From Acidiferrobacterales bacterium (GTDB taxonomy: Bacteria; Pseudomonadota; Gammaproteobacteria; Acidiferrobacterales; SPGG2), in assembly GCA_046760105.1 (NCBI GenBank), contig JBHIDJ010000007.1:5111-69110 (forward strand): a DNA stretch of 64,000 bases, read 5' to 3'. A program made the position numbers and the translations under genes. The notes under the pieces are model-generated. The model saw nothing but the letters and a program-made list of their open reading frames with translations, ran no database searches and was not told the DNA's origin. The stretch's first letter is position 1, and each line of letters starts with the position of its first letter. Positions 49,538 to 59,111 of the stretch are shown here, one piece after another.

Positions 49538-50021
49538 GGGAGTCGGCCAGACAGCCGCCCAGCCACTTACCCTAGCGCGGCCCATCGGACGCAGCTTCAG
49601 GGGTTCAGCGACGAGGTATGCCTCATCCGCGGAAGCGGCCTGCTAAGGTAAGTGGCTGGGAGGAAAGTCCGGGCTCCATAGGGCAGGGTGCCAGGTAACG
49701 CCTGGGGGGCGCGAGCCCACGGAAAGTGCCACAGAAAACAGACCGCCCGGCCACTAACTCCCATAAGGTCTTGATCGCATTCACGTTTCTAGACCGTATA
49801 GGAGTTAGTGGCTGGGTAAGGGTGAAAAGGTGCGGTAAGAGCGCACCGCACCGGTGGCAACACCGGTGGCAGGGTAAACCCCACCCGGAGCAAGGCCAAA
49901 TAGGGGAACCATGGCGTGGCCCACGCCGTTCCCGGGTAGGCCGCTAGAGGCACGCGGCGACGTGTGCCCGAGATGAATGGCTGTCCTCGACAGAACCCGG
50001 CTTATCGGCTGACTCCCGACC
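49538..50021 (+). ncRNA. rnpB: RNase P RNA, bacterial type A, with expanded P3 and P12
   Basis: The universally conserved core GGAGGAAAGTCCGGGCTCCATAGGGCAGGGTGCCAGGTAACGCCTGGG is at 49659. Also present are GGTAAGGGTGAAAAGGTGCGGTAAGAGCGCACCG, AGCAAGGCCAAATAGGGG and ACAGAACCCGGCTTATCGG. P1 pairs GGGAGTC (49538) with GACTCCC (50011). Confidence 0.9.
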
Positions 50022-50169
50022 ACCCGTCTGGTAGGCCCACCGCGGTCAATCCAGCAAGAAAACGTCCACAAACCGCGTTTGTCGCGGGTTCCGCAAGCGA
50101 CCGCCCATCGGTCTTCGCTAAGCATCTGTCCTGAAAGAAAAAAAACACTTGGCACCAGTGCAATATCGC

Positions 50170-50199
50170 TTGACAGTGCTAAAAGAACCTAACTATAGT
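50170..50199 (+). promoter_or_regulatory. Putative sigma-70 promoter of the dcw cluster (Pmra)
   Basis: TTGACA at 50170-50175, an 18-nt spacer, then TATAGT at 50194-50199. It lies 60 nt upstream of mraZ. Confidence 0.55.
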
Positions 50200-50207
50200 G
50201 TCGGATA

Positions 50208-50232
50208 GTGGGAAATTGTGGATATTTGTGGG
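50208..50232 (+). promoter_or_regulatory. Putative MraZ operator (three GTGGR boxes at 10-bp spacing)
   Basis: GTGGG at 50208, GTGGA at 50218 and GTGGG at 50228, immediately downstream of the -10. This matches the E. coli arrangement of three TGGGN repeats with 5-nt spacers. Confidence 0.55.
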
Positions 50233-50258
50233 ATTTTTTGGATTAAGGCGCAGGTATT

Positions 50259-50714
50259 ATGTTTCGCGGTCTGGCCACCTTGAATCTGGACAGCAAAGGG
50301 CGCATGGCGATCCCGACTCGGTATCGTGAAAGCCTGCTGCGCCATTGCAACGGTCAGATGGTTATTACCGTCGATCGCGACCATTGCCTGCTGCTCTACA
50401 CACTGCCCGACTGGGAGGAAATCGAACGGAAACTGGTGAGGTTGCCGAGCTTTAACCGACAGGCGCGGCGCATGCAACGTTTGCTTATCGGTCATGCCAC
50501 CGAGTGCGAAATGGACGGTAATGGACGCATACTGCTGCCCCCGCCACTGCGTGAGTTTGCGGGCCTGGACAAGACGGTGGTCTTAATCGGACAAGGCAAC
50601 AAGTTCGAAGTGTGGGCAGAAAACGCCTGGGACGCGCGGCGCAGTGAATGGCTCGGCGAAAGCGCTGATGACGACGGGAACCTTCCTGATGAATTGGGCT
50701 CGTTGTCGCTCTAG
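50259..50714 (+). CDS. mraZ: Transcriptional regulator MraZ
   Basis: 151 aa. MFRGLATLNLDSKGRMAIPTRYRE..., with two SpoVT-AbrB-like halves. Confidence 0.95.
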   Translation: MFRGLATLNLDSKGRMAIPTRYRESLLRHCNGQMVITVDRDHCLLLYTLPDWEEIERKLVRLPSFNRQARRMQRLLIGHATECEMDGNGRILLPPPLREFAGLDKTVVLIGQGNKFEVWAENAWDARRSEWLGESADDDGNLPDELGSLSL

Positions 50715-50870
50715 TAGCGGCAAACGCACGGGCGCGCAGGGTAAGAGGGCATGCTGGTAAACCCTTCGCTCGGCGAGCACGGATGTCGGGGGTGGGTCGA
50801 TAAGCGTTGCCACCCTGTGCGAGCGGGTGTTCGAGCAAACGCGGCTCTTCGTTTCGGCCGGGGACAAAAC

Positions 50871-51815
50871 GTGGATGAATTCGAGCATCTTCCTGTTTTG
50901 CTTGACGAAGTCATAGCAGCGCTGAAGGTGAAATCGGATGGGATTTATATCGATGCCACTTATGGGCGTGGTGGACATGTGGCGGCCATACTTGATCGAC
51001 TGGGCCCACGCGGGCGGGTCCTGGCGCTGGATCGGGATCCGCAAGCCGTCTCGGCAGCAGAAACACGGTTTAGCAGCGACCGGCGCTTCTCAGTAACGCG
51101 GGCACCGTTCTCGCGGATAGGCCACTACATCGACAGCTCGCGTTTGACGGGGAAGATCAACGGTATTTTATTTGACTTGGGTGTATCGTCGCCGCAGCTT
51201 GACGATTTCGGGCGTGGCTTTAGCTTCCAACGCACGGGTCCGCTCGATATGCGCATGGATCCCGATACAGGCGTTCCGGCAGCACAGTGGATTAACAGTG
51301 CCCGCGAGAGCGAAATCGCATCGGTGTTGAAGAATCTCGGCGAGGAACGCTACGCAAAGCGCATTGCACACCGGATCATCCATGAACGCAAGAAACGAGC
51401 GATCGAGACCTCGAGCGAGCTCGCGGATGTCGTGGCAAAGGCGGTGCCGACGCGCGAACCGGGAAAACACCCCGCAACCCGGACGTTTCTGGCCATACGC
51501 TTATTTGTTAATGCCGAGCTGGAGGAGCTACGCGCCGCGCTTCCACAGGCCCTGAACGTGTTGGCACCGGGTGGGCGCCTGGCCGTGATTAGCTTCCACT
51601 CCCTTGAGGATCGGTTAGTGAAGCGCTTTATGCGAGAACAGGCACGCGGTGATGGACTACCACCCGGTTTGCCGGTCCGCCAGCAGGAACTAAAGCCACG
51701 GCTAAAACTCGTCGGTAAGCCCGTGCGTGCAAGCGAGACGGAAGTAAAACGCAATCCACGGGCGCGCAGCGCTCTGCTACGGGTTGCGGAACGGATTGAG
51801 GAGGATCGTGCCTAG
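50871..51815 (+). CDS. rsmH: 16S rRNA (cytosine1402-N4)-methyltransferase
   Basis: GTG 50871 gives (M)DEFEHLPVLLDEVIAAL...YIDATYGRGGH...FDLGVSSPQLD. The upstream part of the ORF-track frame is unlikely to be coding. Confidence 0.9.
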   Translation: MDEFEHLPVLLDEVIAALKVKSDGIYIDATYGRGGHVAAILDRLGPRGRVLALDRDPQAVSAAETRFSSDRRFSVTRAPFSRIGHYIDSSRLTGKINGILFDLGVSSPQLDDFGRGFSFQRTGPLDMRMDPDTGVPAAQWINSARESEIASVLKNLGEERYAKRIAHRIIHERKKRAIETSSELADVVAKAVPTREPGKHPATRTFLAIRLFVNAELEELRAALPQALNVLAPGGRLAVISFHSLEDRLVKRFMREQARGDGLPPGLPVRQQELKPRLKLVGKPVRASETEVKRNPRARSALLRVAERIEEDRA

Positions 51816-52086
51816 AGGCATCGCCATGCTGATGGTGGCGGTGTTTGTGACAGCGATCACGGTGGTGGGACTACGCCACCAAAGCCGGCTATTGGCTGGA
51901 CAGTTCCAATCACTGCAAAGTGAGCGGGACGCGTTGAACACCGAATGGGGCAAGTTACTGCTAGAAGAGGGTGCTTGGTCCGAACATCGACGCATTGAGT
52001 TACTTGCACGCACGCGACTTGGTATGACAACACCGGACGCGCGACGAATCGTGGTGCTCGACCTGCGTCGGAGGACGGAGCCATGA
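51808..52086 (+). CDS. ftsL: Cell division protein FtsL
   Basis: GTG 51808 follows GAGGAGGA. The protein has a single TM (IAMLMVAVFVTAITVVGL) and a coiled-coil region with ...EWGKLLLEEGAWSEHRRIE. TTG 51784 is an alternative start. Confidence 0.8.
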   Translation: MPRGIAMLMVAVFVTAITVVGLRHQSRLLAGQFQSLQSERDALNTEWGKLLLEEGAWSEHRRIELLARTRLGMTTPDARRIVVLDLRRRTEP

Positions 52087-53801
52087 GCCGGCGCACAAGG
52101 GATATCGGTCATCCGATGCGTTATTGGATCGTTCTTGTCCTGCTCTTAAGCAGCTTGGCGCTATTGGGAACGCGAGCCGCTTATCTTCAGGTCGTGACGT
52201 CTGACTACCTGCAGCGGCAGGGCAATGCGCGTCATCTGCGCACGATCACGGACAACGCGCACCGTGGCATGATTGTAGATCGAAATGGCGAGCCGCTAGC
52301 CGTTAGCACACCGGTCGAATCGGTGTGGGCGCATCCGGCGACGCTTGCCAAGGCGCGCCTTAAGTGGAGTGGCTTAGCAGCGGCGTTAGGTCTACGCGTA
52401 CACGATCTGTCGCAATTGCTGAGGAAGTATGCCGCGCGCGAGTTCATGTATCTAAAGCGTCATGTAACGCCAGAGGTCGCGCGACGTGTCAAGGAACTGA
52501 AGATCCAGGGTGTAGCACTACAGCGGGAATATCGGCGTTACTATCCTACGGGTGCCGTCAGTGGGCATGTGATTGGCTTTACTGACATCGACGATTACGG
52601 TCAGGAAGGGTTGGAGCTGGCATATGACCACGTCCTTCGCGCGACACCGGGTAAGAAGCGGGTGCTAAAGGATCTCCATGGCAACGTGGTAGAAACGCTA
52701 GAGAGCGTTTCACTCCCATTGCCGGGCAAGGACTTGGTCGTAAGCCTCGACCGGCGCATCCAATACCTTGCTTACCGCGAGTTGCAGACAGCGATGAAGG
52801 CCCACAGTGCACGCGCTGCTAGCGCCATTGTGCTCGACGCGCGCACCGGCGAGGTCTTGGCAATGGTCAACCAGCCCGCCTTCAACCCTAATAGGCGTGC
52901 CAATCCGCATGGCGCCGTGTTCCGCAATCGCGCGGTAACGGATGTATTCGAGCCTGGGTCCACGCTTAAGCCGTTTACGATCGCCGTTGCCCTCGAGAGT
53001 GGGAGATTTGCGCCCGGTACCCTGATCGACACCAACCCGGGCCGTTTTCGGGTCGGGTCAAAGATCATTCGTGATCCGCGCAACTATGGCTGGTTGAATG
53101 TCGCTCAGGTCATAGAGAAATCAAGCAACGTGGGTGCAGCCAAGATCGCGCTTGAGATGGACAAATATCGCATCTGGCAGATGTTCAGACATGTGGGCTT
53201 CGGAGACTTGACCGGCAGTCGATTACCGGGTGAATCCGCCGGGCTGTTGAATCCGTCCTCCAGTTGGGTTCCGATTGACCAGGCGAACGTATCCTTTGGT
53301 TATGGGATTTCGGTGACGGCCCTGCAGCTGGCGCGCGCCTATGCCACATTGGCGAATGACGGTGTGATCGTACCCATCACGCTGTTGCGCCGTACGCGTT
53401 CGGTTCGCGGTCAGCGGGTGATGTCGTACCGTACAGCGAGGCAGATCCGCAGCATGCTCGAATTGGCCGTGAGCAACGAGGGTACAGGCACCGCCGCGCA
53501 GGTCACACACTATACAGTGGCCGGAAAGACCGGGACTGTCCATAAGCTTGTGTCCGGCGACTATGTAGACGATCGTTATGTGGCGTCGTTTGCTGGCATG
53601 GCGCCAGCGTCGAACCCACGCCTCGTAATGGTCGTCACCGTAGACGAACCGGCTGAACGCGGACACTTCGGCGGACAAACGGCCGCGCCGGTGTTTAGTC
53701 GCGTGATGGCAGGCGCGTTGCGGTTGCTGAACACCCCACCGGATACACCGGAGCCCCGGTTACAGTGGGCAGCCCCGAAGGAAAACAATCACACCACGTG
53801 A
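52083..53801 (+). CDS. ftsI: Peptidoglycan D,D-transpeptidase FtsI (PBP3)
   Basis: 572 aa with an N-terminal TM. The PBP dimerisation and transpeptidase domains carry STLKP (SxxK), SSN and KTGT. Confidence 0.9.
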   Translation: MSRRTRDIGHPMRYWIVLVLLLSSLALLGTRAAYLQVVTSDYLQRQGNARHLRTITDNAHRGMIVDRNGEPLAVSTPVESVWAHPATLAKARLKWSGLAAALGLRVHDLSQLLRKYAAREFMYLKRHVTPEVARRVKELKIQGVALQREYRRYYPTGAVSGHVIGFTDIDDYGQEGLELAYDHVLRATPGKKRVLKDLHGNVVETLESVSLPLPGKDLVVSLDRRIQYLAYRELQTAMKAHSARAASAIVLDARTGEVLAMVNQPAFNPNRRANPHGAVFRNRAVTDVFEPGSTLKPFTIAVALESGRFAPGTLIDTNPGRFRVGSKIIRDPRNYGWLNVAQVIEKSSNVGAAKIALEMDKYRIWQMFRHVGFGDLTGSRLPGESAGLLNPSSSWVPIDQANVSFGYGISVTALQLARAYATLANDGVIVPITLLRRTRSVRGQRVMSYRTARQIRSMLELAVSNEGTGTAAQVTHYTVAGKTGTVHKLVSGDYVDDRYVASFAGMAPASNPRLVMVVTVDEPAERGHFGGQTAAPVFSRVMAGALRLLNTPPDTPEPRLQWAAPKENNHTT

Positions 53802-55279
53802 TGGCAGGCACGAGAACAGATCGTCAACGTTTACGTGAGCTCGTGAGTGGGTTAGTTGACGTGTCTGATGGCGACGACCGTGACATAAGCGGCCTTACGC
53901 TTGACAGCCGGCACGTCCAGGCTGGCGACTTGTTTATCGCACTTCGCGGCACGTCGTTAGACGGCCGCGACTTCGTTCACGATGCCGAGCAGCAGGGAGC
54001 AGCCGCCGTGTTATGCGAGGCCGGTGATGGTCACGCATTTGCTGGTCTGTCGATCCCGGTTTTCGTTATCAAAGATCTGCGCACACGAGTGGGCATCATC
54101 GCCGATCGTTTCTTCGGATCGCCGTCGAAGCGGGTGGTCGTCGTCGGTATCACCGGTACCAATGGCAAGACGACCTGCAGCCACCTGCTCGCGCAGGCGC
54201 TGGATACACCGCCGAGGCGCTGCGCGTTGATCGGTACGCTCGGCAGCGGTTTTCCGACGGCGCTTGAGCCGATGGCCACTACCACCCCGGATGCGATCGC
54301 AGTTCACCGACTGCTGGCGGGGTTCGTTCGCGCTGGTGCCACGCATGTATCTATGGAAGTGTCTTCGCATGCCTTGGAGCAGGCACGCATCACGGGTATC
54401 GCTTTTGACATCGCAGTCTTTACCAACCTCTCGCGTGACCATCTCGACTATCACGGCGACATGGTTGGCTATGGCGCCGCCAAATCCCGACTATTTGCGA
54501 TCGACCGCTTACAGCACGCGGTCATCAACCACGATGATCCGTTTGGTCGCGAGCTTTTAGAGAGGCTCCGCGGCGAGCTGCACACCATCAGCTTCGGCAT
54601 CAGCGAAGGCGATGTACACGCGCGCGAGATTCATCTCCGAGCTGATGGATTGGAACTGCACGCCGCCACACCCCAGGGCGAGATCAAGCTCCGCGTTCCG
54701 CTGCTGGGGCGATTTAATGTAGCTAACCTGCTCGCGGTTCTCACGTGTCTACTCGCTTGCGGATTGAGTGTGGAGGCGGCGCGAAAAGATTTGCGTCGGG
54801 TACAACCGGTGGCAGGCCGGGTGGAACCCTTTGGCGGCGAAGCCGGCGTGCCATTGGTTGTTGTGGATTACGCCCACACGCCTGACGCACTGGAGCAGGT
54901 ATTGCGCGCATTGCGCGCGCATACTCGTGGGCGTTTGTACTGCGTCTTCGGTTGCGGCGGCGACCGCGATCGTGGCAAACGACCACAAATGGGCCAGATT
55001 GCGGAACGGCTGGCCGACGTGGTGGTGTTATCGGACGACAACCCGCGCCATGAGCCGGGTGATCAGATCATTGACGACATCGCTGACGGCATGCACACGA
55101 CGCCGCGTGTAATCCGCGACCGCGCGAGCGCTATCCGTACCGTCATTCGAGAGGCCGCGCCCTCCGACGTCGTGCTCATTGCCGGTAAAGGTCATGAGGA
55201 ATACCAGCTCGTCGGCGACAAGCGGGTGGCGTACAGCGATCGTGACACGGTGCGGAATATCGTGGGAGAGGCTGCGTGA
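53801..55279 (+). CDS. murE: UDP-MurNAc-tripeptide synthetase (meso-DAP adding)
   Basis: ATG 53801 overlaps the ftsI stop (TGATG). GITGTNGKTT ... DNPR motif (DDNPRHE). Confidence 0.9.
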   Translation: MAGTRTDRQRLRELVSGLVDVSDGDDRDISGLTLDSRHVQAGDLFIALRGTSLDGRDFVHDAEQQGAAAVLCEAGDGHAFAGLSIPVFVIKDLRTRVGIIADRFFGSPSKRVVVVGITGTNGKTTCSHLLAQALDTPPRRCALIGTLGSGFPTALEPMATTTPDAIAVHRLLAGFVRAGATHVSMEVSSHALEQARITGIAFDIAVFTNLSRDHLDYHGDMVGYGAAKSRLFAIDRLQHAVINHDDPFGRELLERLRGELHTISFGISEGDVHAREIHLRADGLELHAATPQGEIKLRVPLLGRFNVANLLAVLTCLLACGLSVEAARKDLRRVQPVAGRVEPFGGEAGVPLVVVDYAHTPDALEQVLRALRAHTRGRLYCVFGCGGDRDRGKRPQMGQIAERLADVVVLSDDNPRHEPGDQIIDDIADGMHTTPRVIRDRASAIRTVIREAAPSDVVLIAGKGHEEYQLVGDKRVAYSDRDTVRNIVGEAA

Positions 55280-56643
55280 TGTCGCTGGCCAAAGCAGCGA
55301 AGGTACTGGGTGGATCGCTCATCGGCGCGGACCGGCACTTTGCTGGTGTGAGCACCGACACGCGCACGCTACAACCTGGTGAGCTTTTTGTTGCGCTCAA
55401 GGGACCGAACTACGACGGCCACGACTTTCTCGCGCAAGCAGCTCATGCCAGTGCTGCCGGTGCAATGTTGGTGAACCTTGCTGAGACACCATTGCCCGCG
55501 ATACAGGTCGAGGATGCACGGCATGCGCTTGGTAGCCTGGCCGCATTTTGGCGCCAACAGTTTGATATTCCCGTTATTGCGATAACCGGCAGCAATGGCA
55601 AGACCACCGTCAAAGAGATGACAGCGGCAATCATGGCCGAAACCGGCCCCGGGTGTAGCACTAAGGGAAATCTAAATAACGATATCGGTGTACCGTTGAC
55701 GCTGCTGCGGCTGCGCCCCGGGGATCGCTACGCCGTGGTTGAGCTCGGCATGAATCAACGTGGCGAGATTCACTACCTTAGTGCCATAACGCGGCCAACG
55801 GTTGCCGTGATCACCAACGCAACGGAAGCCCATCTTGCAGGGTTGGGCACTGTCGAGGACGTGGCCCGAGCGAAGGGCGAGATCTTTTCGGCGTTGGCCG
55901 CGGACGGTGTCGCAGTCATCAATGCCGATGACGACTACACCGAGCTTTGGCGGGAACTCGCTACACCGAAAAGATGCGTGACCTTCGGATTACATCGCGG
56001 CGCGGACGTCACAGCGGATTATGAGACCGAGACGATGGGTAGTTTGGTTCACATCAAGACCACAAAAGGAGACATCGATATGCGATTGCCGGTACTTGGC
56101 AAGCACAACGTGGCCAATGCACTCACGGCGACCGCCACGTCGCTAGCGGCTGGCGCGGAGCTCCAACATGTCAAGCGAGGCCTTGAGAAACTGCGGCAGA
56201 TCTCAGGTCGGCTCGAAGTCAAGGCGGGTGTAAACGGGTCACGCATTATCGACGACACCTACAATGCTAACCCGGCGTCGCTGGCGGCCGGCATCGCGGT
56301 GTTGAAGGACTTTCCCGGTGAAGCCGTGCTGGTGCTCGGTGATATGGCCGAACTGGGAGAAGCGGCCCCGGATATCCACCGCCGCACCGGGGAGCTGGCG
56401 AAAAGCCTAGGCATCAGCCGGCTTTTTGCGGTCGGTGCATTAAGCAAGCTTGCAGTGGAAAGCTTTGGCGAGGACGGCATGCACTTCTCAAGCCGTAGGG
56501 CCTTGGTTGAAACCCTATTGGGTCATTTGCACACCGATGTCACCGTATTGATCAAAGGTTCACGCATTATGCGGCTGGAGTACGTGGTGCAGAAGGTCAC
56601 GCAGCCCAATGCAATGGACACACGCGAAGTAACCACAAGATAG
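55276..56643 (+). CDS. murF: UDP-MurNAc-pentapeptide synthetase
   Basis: 455 aa. AITGSNGKTTVKEM ... IDDTYNANP. Confidence 0.9.
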   Translation: MMSLAKAAKVLGGSLIGADRHFAGVSTDTRTLQPGELFVALKGPNYDGHDFLAQAAHASAAGAMLVNLAETPLPAIQVEDARHALGSLAAFWRQQFDIPVIAITGSNGKTTVKEMTAAIMAETGPGCSTKGNLNNDIGVPLTLLRLRPGDRYAVVELGMNQRGEIHYLSAITRPTVAVITNATEAHLAGLGTVEDVARAKGEIFSALAADGVAVINADDDYTELWRELATPKRCVTFGLHRGADVTADYETETMGSLVHIKTTKGDIDMRLPVLGKHNVANALTATATSLAAGAELQHVKRGLEKLRQISGRLEVKAGVNGSRIIDDTYNANPASLAAGIAVLKDFPGEAVLVLGDMAELGEAAPDIHRRTGELAKSLGISRLFAVGALSKLAVESFGEDGMHFSSRRALVETLLGHLHTDVTVLIKGSRIMRLEYVVQKVTQPNAMDTREVTTR

Positions 56644-56655
56644 ATGAGAGGCTGA

Positions 56656-57738
56656 ATGCTATTTTATTTGTTTGAAGAACTCACGCGCGAGTTTTCGTTC
56701 TTCAACGTTTTCCGCTACCTGACCTTTCGCGGAATCCTGGGCGTTCTCACCGCGCTCGCCATTTGTTTTGTCGCCGGCCCTGCCATGATCCGTCGACTCG
56801 GTTATCGACAGATCCACCAAACGGTCAGAATCGACGGACCGGAAACCCATATAGCGAAAGCCGGCACACCGACCATGGGTGGCGCCGTTATCCTGGTAGC
56901 TATTGTCGCCGCCACTTTGTTATGGGCTGACTTACAAAATCGCTTTGTCTGGGTGGTGTTGTTGACCACGCTTTGCTTCGGCGCAATCGGTTGGATCGAT
57001 GACTATAAGAAACTGATTGACAAAGATCCACGCGGCATCGGTGCGCGCATGAAATTTTTTCTCCAATCGGTGGTCGGCTTAACGGCCGCGTTTTTTTTGT
57101 ACTACAGCGCCAAGATGCCGGTTGAAACTGAGCTCATCGTTCCCTTCTTTAAGAACGTTGCGCTTGACCTCGGACCGTGGTTTATCGTGTTGGCTTATTT
57201 TGTCATTGTTGGTTCAAGCAATGCGGTGAATTTGACCGACGGCCTCGACGGCCTAGCGATCCTACCGGCTGCCATGGTAGCGGGGGCGCTTGGTATCTTC
57301 GCATATGCCACCGGCCACGTGCAGTTCGCGAGCTACTTGGGCATTCCCTATGTGGCAGGGGTCGGCGAGGTGCTCGTTTTGTGCGCGGCGATGGTCGGTG
57401 CCGGTCTCGGTTTCCTGTGGTTCAACACTTACCCCGCGCAGGTCTTTATGGGCGATGTCGGCGCGCTCGCGTTGGGCGCTGCGCTTGGCGTGATCGCTGT
57501 GGTCGTACGTCAGGAGATCGTGCTCTTCGTCATGGGTGGTGTGTTCGTTATCGAAACCGTGTCGGTAATGCTACAAGTGGCGTCCTACAAACTCGTCGGT
57601 CGGCGACTCTTTAGAATGGCGCCGTTACATCATCATTTCGAGCTCAAAGGCTGGCCCGAGCCGCGGGTCATTGTGCGCTTCTGGATCATCACTGTGATCT
57701 TGGTACTGATCGGACTGGCAACCCTGAAAATTCGCTGA
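56656..57738 (+). CDS. mraY: Phospho-N-acetylmuramoyl-pentapeptide transferase
   Basis: 360 aa, multi-[15 protein letters not shown] ... [13 protein letters not shown]. Confidence 0.95.
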   Translation: MLFYLFEELTREFSFFNVFRYLTFRGILGVLTALAICFVAGPAMIRRLGYRQIHQTVRIDGPETHIAKAGTPTMGGAVILVAIVAATLLWADLQNRFVWVVLLTTLCFGAIGWIDDYKKLIDKDPRGIGARMKFFLQSVVGLTAAFFLYYSAKMPVETELIVPFFKNVALDLGPWFIVLAYFVIVGSSNAVNLTDGLDGLAILPAAMVAGALGIFAYATGHVQFASYLGIPYVAGVGEVLVLCAAMVGAGLGFLWFNTYPAQVFMGDVGALALGAALGVIAVVVRQEIVLFVMGGVFVIETVSVMLQVASYKLVGRRLFRMAPLHHHFELKGWPEPRVIVRFWIITVILVLIGLATLKIR

Positions 57739-57740
57739 GC

Positions 57741-59111
57741 ATGCAGGCTTTATCGATGTCCCACGAAAGGCAACAACGGGCGCTGGTTGTCGGCCTGGGA
57801 CTCACAGGTCTTTCCTGTGCACGCCATCTGGTGCGGCTCGGATATCAGGTATCCGTCGTCGACAGCCGCCAGGAGCCCCCGATGTTAGATGAGTTACGTT
57901 CAACCCTAAGGGAGGTGGACTATCGCGTCGGTGGCTGGGATCCGACGCTTTTCCAAGGGCCAGACTTGTTGGTGGTAAGCCCGGGTGTGTCTCTGCGGGA
58001 ACCGTTGATCATGCAGGCGATGGCTGTCGGTATCCCGGCTGTCGGCGACATCGAGTTGTTTGCGCAAGCAGCATCGGCACCGGTGGTCGCCGTCACCGGC
58101 GCAAATGGCAAGAGCACCGTGACTGCACTGGTAGGCGCCATGTGCCGCGAGGCCGGATTGAACACGCTGGTGGGCGGCAACATCGGCGTACCCGTTTTAT
58201 CGTTGTTGGATTCCCCGCAACCTGATGTCTACGTCCTCGAGTTGTCGAGTTTTCAGCTCGAGACCACGTACAGCTTGAACACTCGTGCGGCGACAGTGCT
58301 CAATGTGAGCCGCGATCACATGGATCGCTACGCGAGCCTTAAGGAGTATGCCAACGCCAAGGCGCGTATCTTCCAAGGTGACGGCATCATGGTGTTGAAC
58401 GCAGACGATGCCGTCGTAATGGCGATGGCTAAAGCCGATCGCCGTCAAGTCCGCTTCGGGCTAACATCACCAGCACGCACAAACGACTTCGGCCTGGTAG
58501 TGAAAGAGGGCGTGCAGTGGCTCGCGAAAGGCCGGCAGGCATGGTTGCCCGCCACCGCCGTACGTTTACCGGGCCGACACAACCTCGCTAACGCGCTTGC
58601 TGCGATGGCGCTCGCCGACACCGTCGGCGCGCCCGTAGATGCGATGACGCGAGCGATTGTGGCCTTCGAGGGACTGGCTCATCGCTGCCAAGTCGTGGCG
58701 GAACGCAATGATGTCGTTTGGATCGACGACTCGAAAGCAACGAACGTCGGAGCGACCCTGGCAGCACTAAAGGGTTTGACCCGTCAGGTAGTGCTCATTG
58801 CGGGCGGACAGGGTAAGGGGGCCGATTTCCGACTACTCAAAGAGACTGTCGCCAATAATGCGCGTGCCGTCGTGTTGATCGGACAGGATGCCACGTTGAT
58901 CGAAACCGCTCTGCAAGCGGTGGTGCCGGTGGTGCACGCCCCTCACATGCATGAGGCAGTCATGCAGGCTGGGCATATTGCGCGTGCGGGTGATGCTGTC
59001 CTGCTTTCTCCAGGCTGCGCCAGCTTCGATATGTTCGAAAATTACGAGCACCGGGGTGAGGTGTTTACGGCGGCGGTACGCAAACTTGTTGCAGGGCAAG
59101 GTCAGTCTTGA
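57741..59111 (+). CDS. murD: UDP-MurNAc-L-alanine:D-glutamate ligase
   Basis: 456 aa. VVGLGLTGLS ... AVTGANGKSTV ... DDSKATN. Confidence 0.9.
   Translation: MQALSMSHERQQRALVVGLGLTGLSCARHLVRLGYQVSVVDSRQEPPMLDELRSTLREVDYRVGGWDPTLFQGPDLLVVSPGVSLREPLIMQAMAVGIPAVGDIELFAQAASAPVVAVTGANGKSTVTALVGAMCREAGLNTLVGGNIGVPVLSLLDSPQPDVYVLELSSFQLETTYSLNTRAATVLNVSRDHMDRYASLKEYANAKARIFQGDGIMVLNADDAVVMAMAKADRRQVRFGLTSPARTNDFGLVVKEGVQWLAKGRQAWLPATAVRLPGRHNLANALAAMALADTVGAPVDAMTRAIVAFEGLAHRCQVVAERNDVVWIDDSKATNVGATLAALKGLTRQVVLIAGGQGKGADFRLLKETVANNARAVVLIGQDATLIETALQAVVPVVHAPHMHEAVMQAGHIARAGDAVLLSPGCASFDMFENYEHRGEVFTAAVRKLVAGQGQS

Noticed and set aside
50150-50166. Sigma-54-like TGGCAC upstream of Pmra
   Set aside because: The downstream GC dinucleotide is 3 nt too close to the GG for the -24/-12 spacing (TGGCAC-N5-TTGC), and no TTGC is present.
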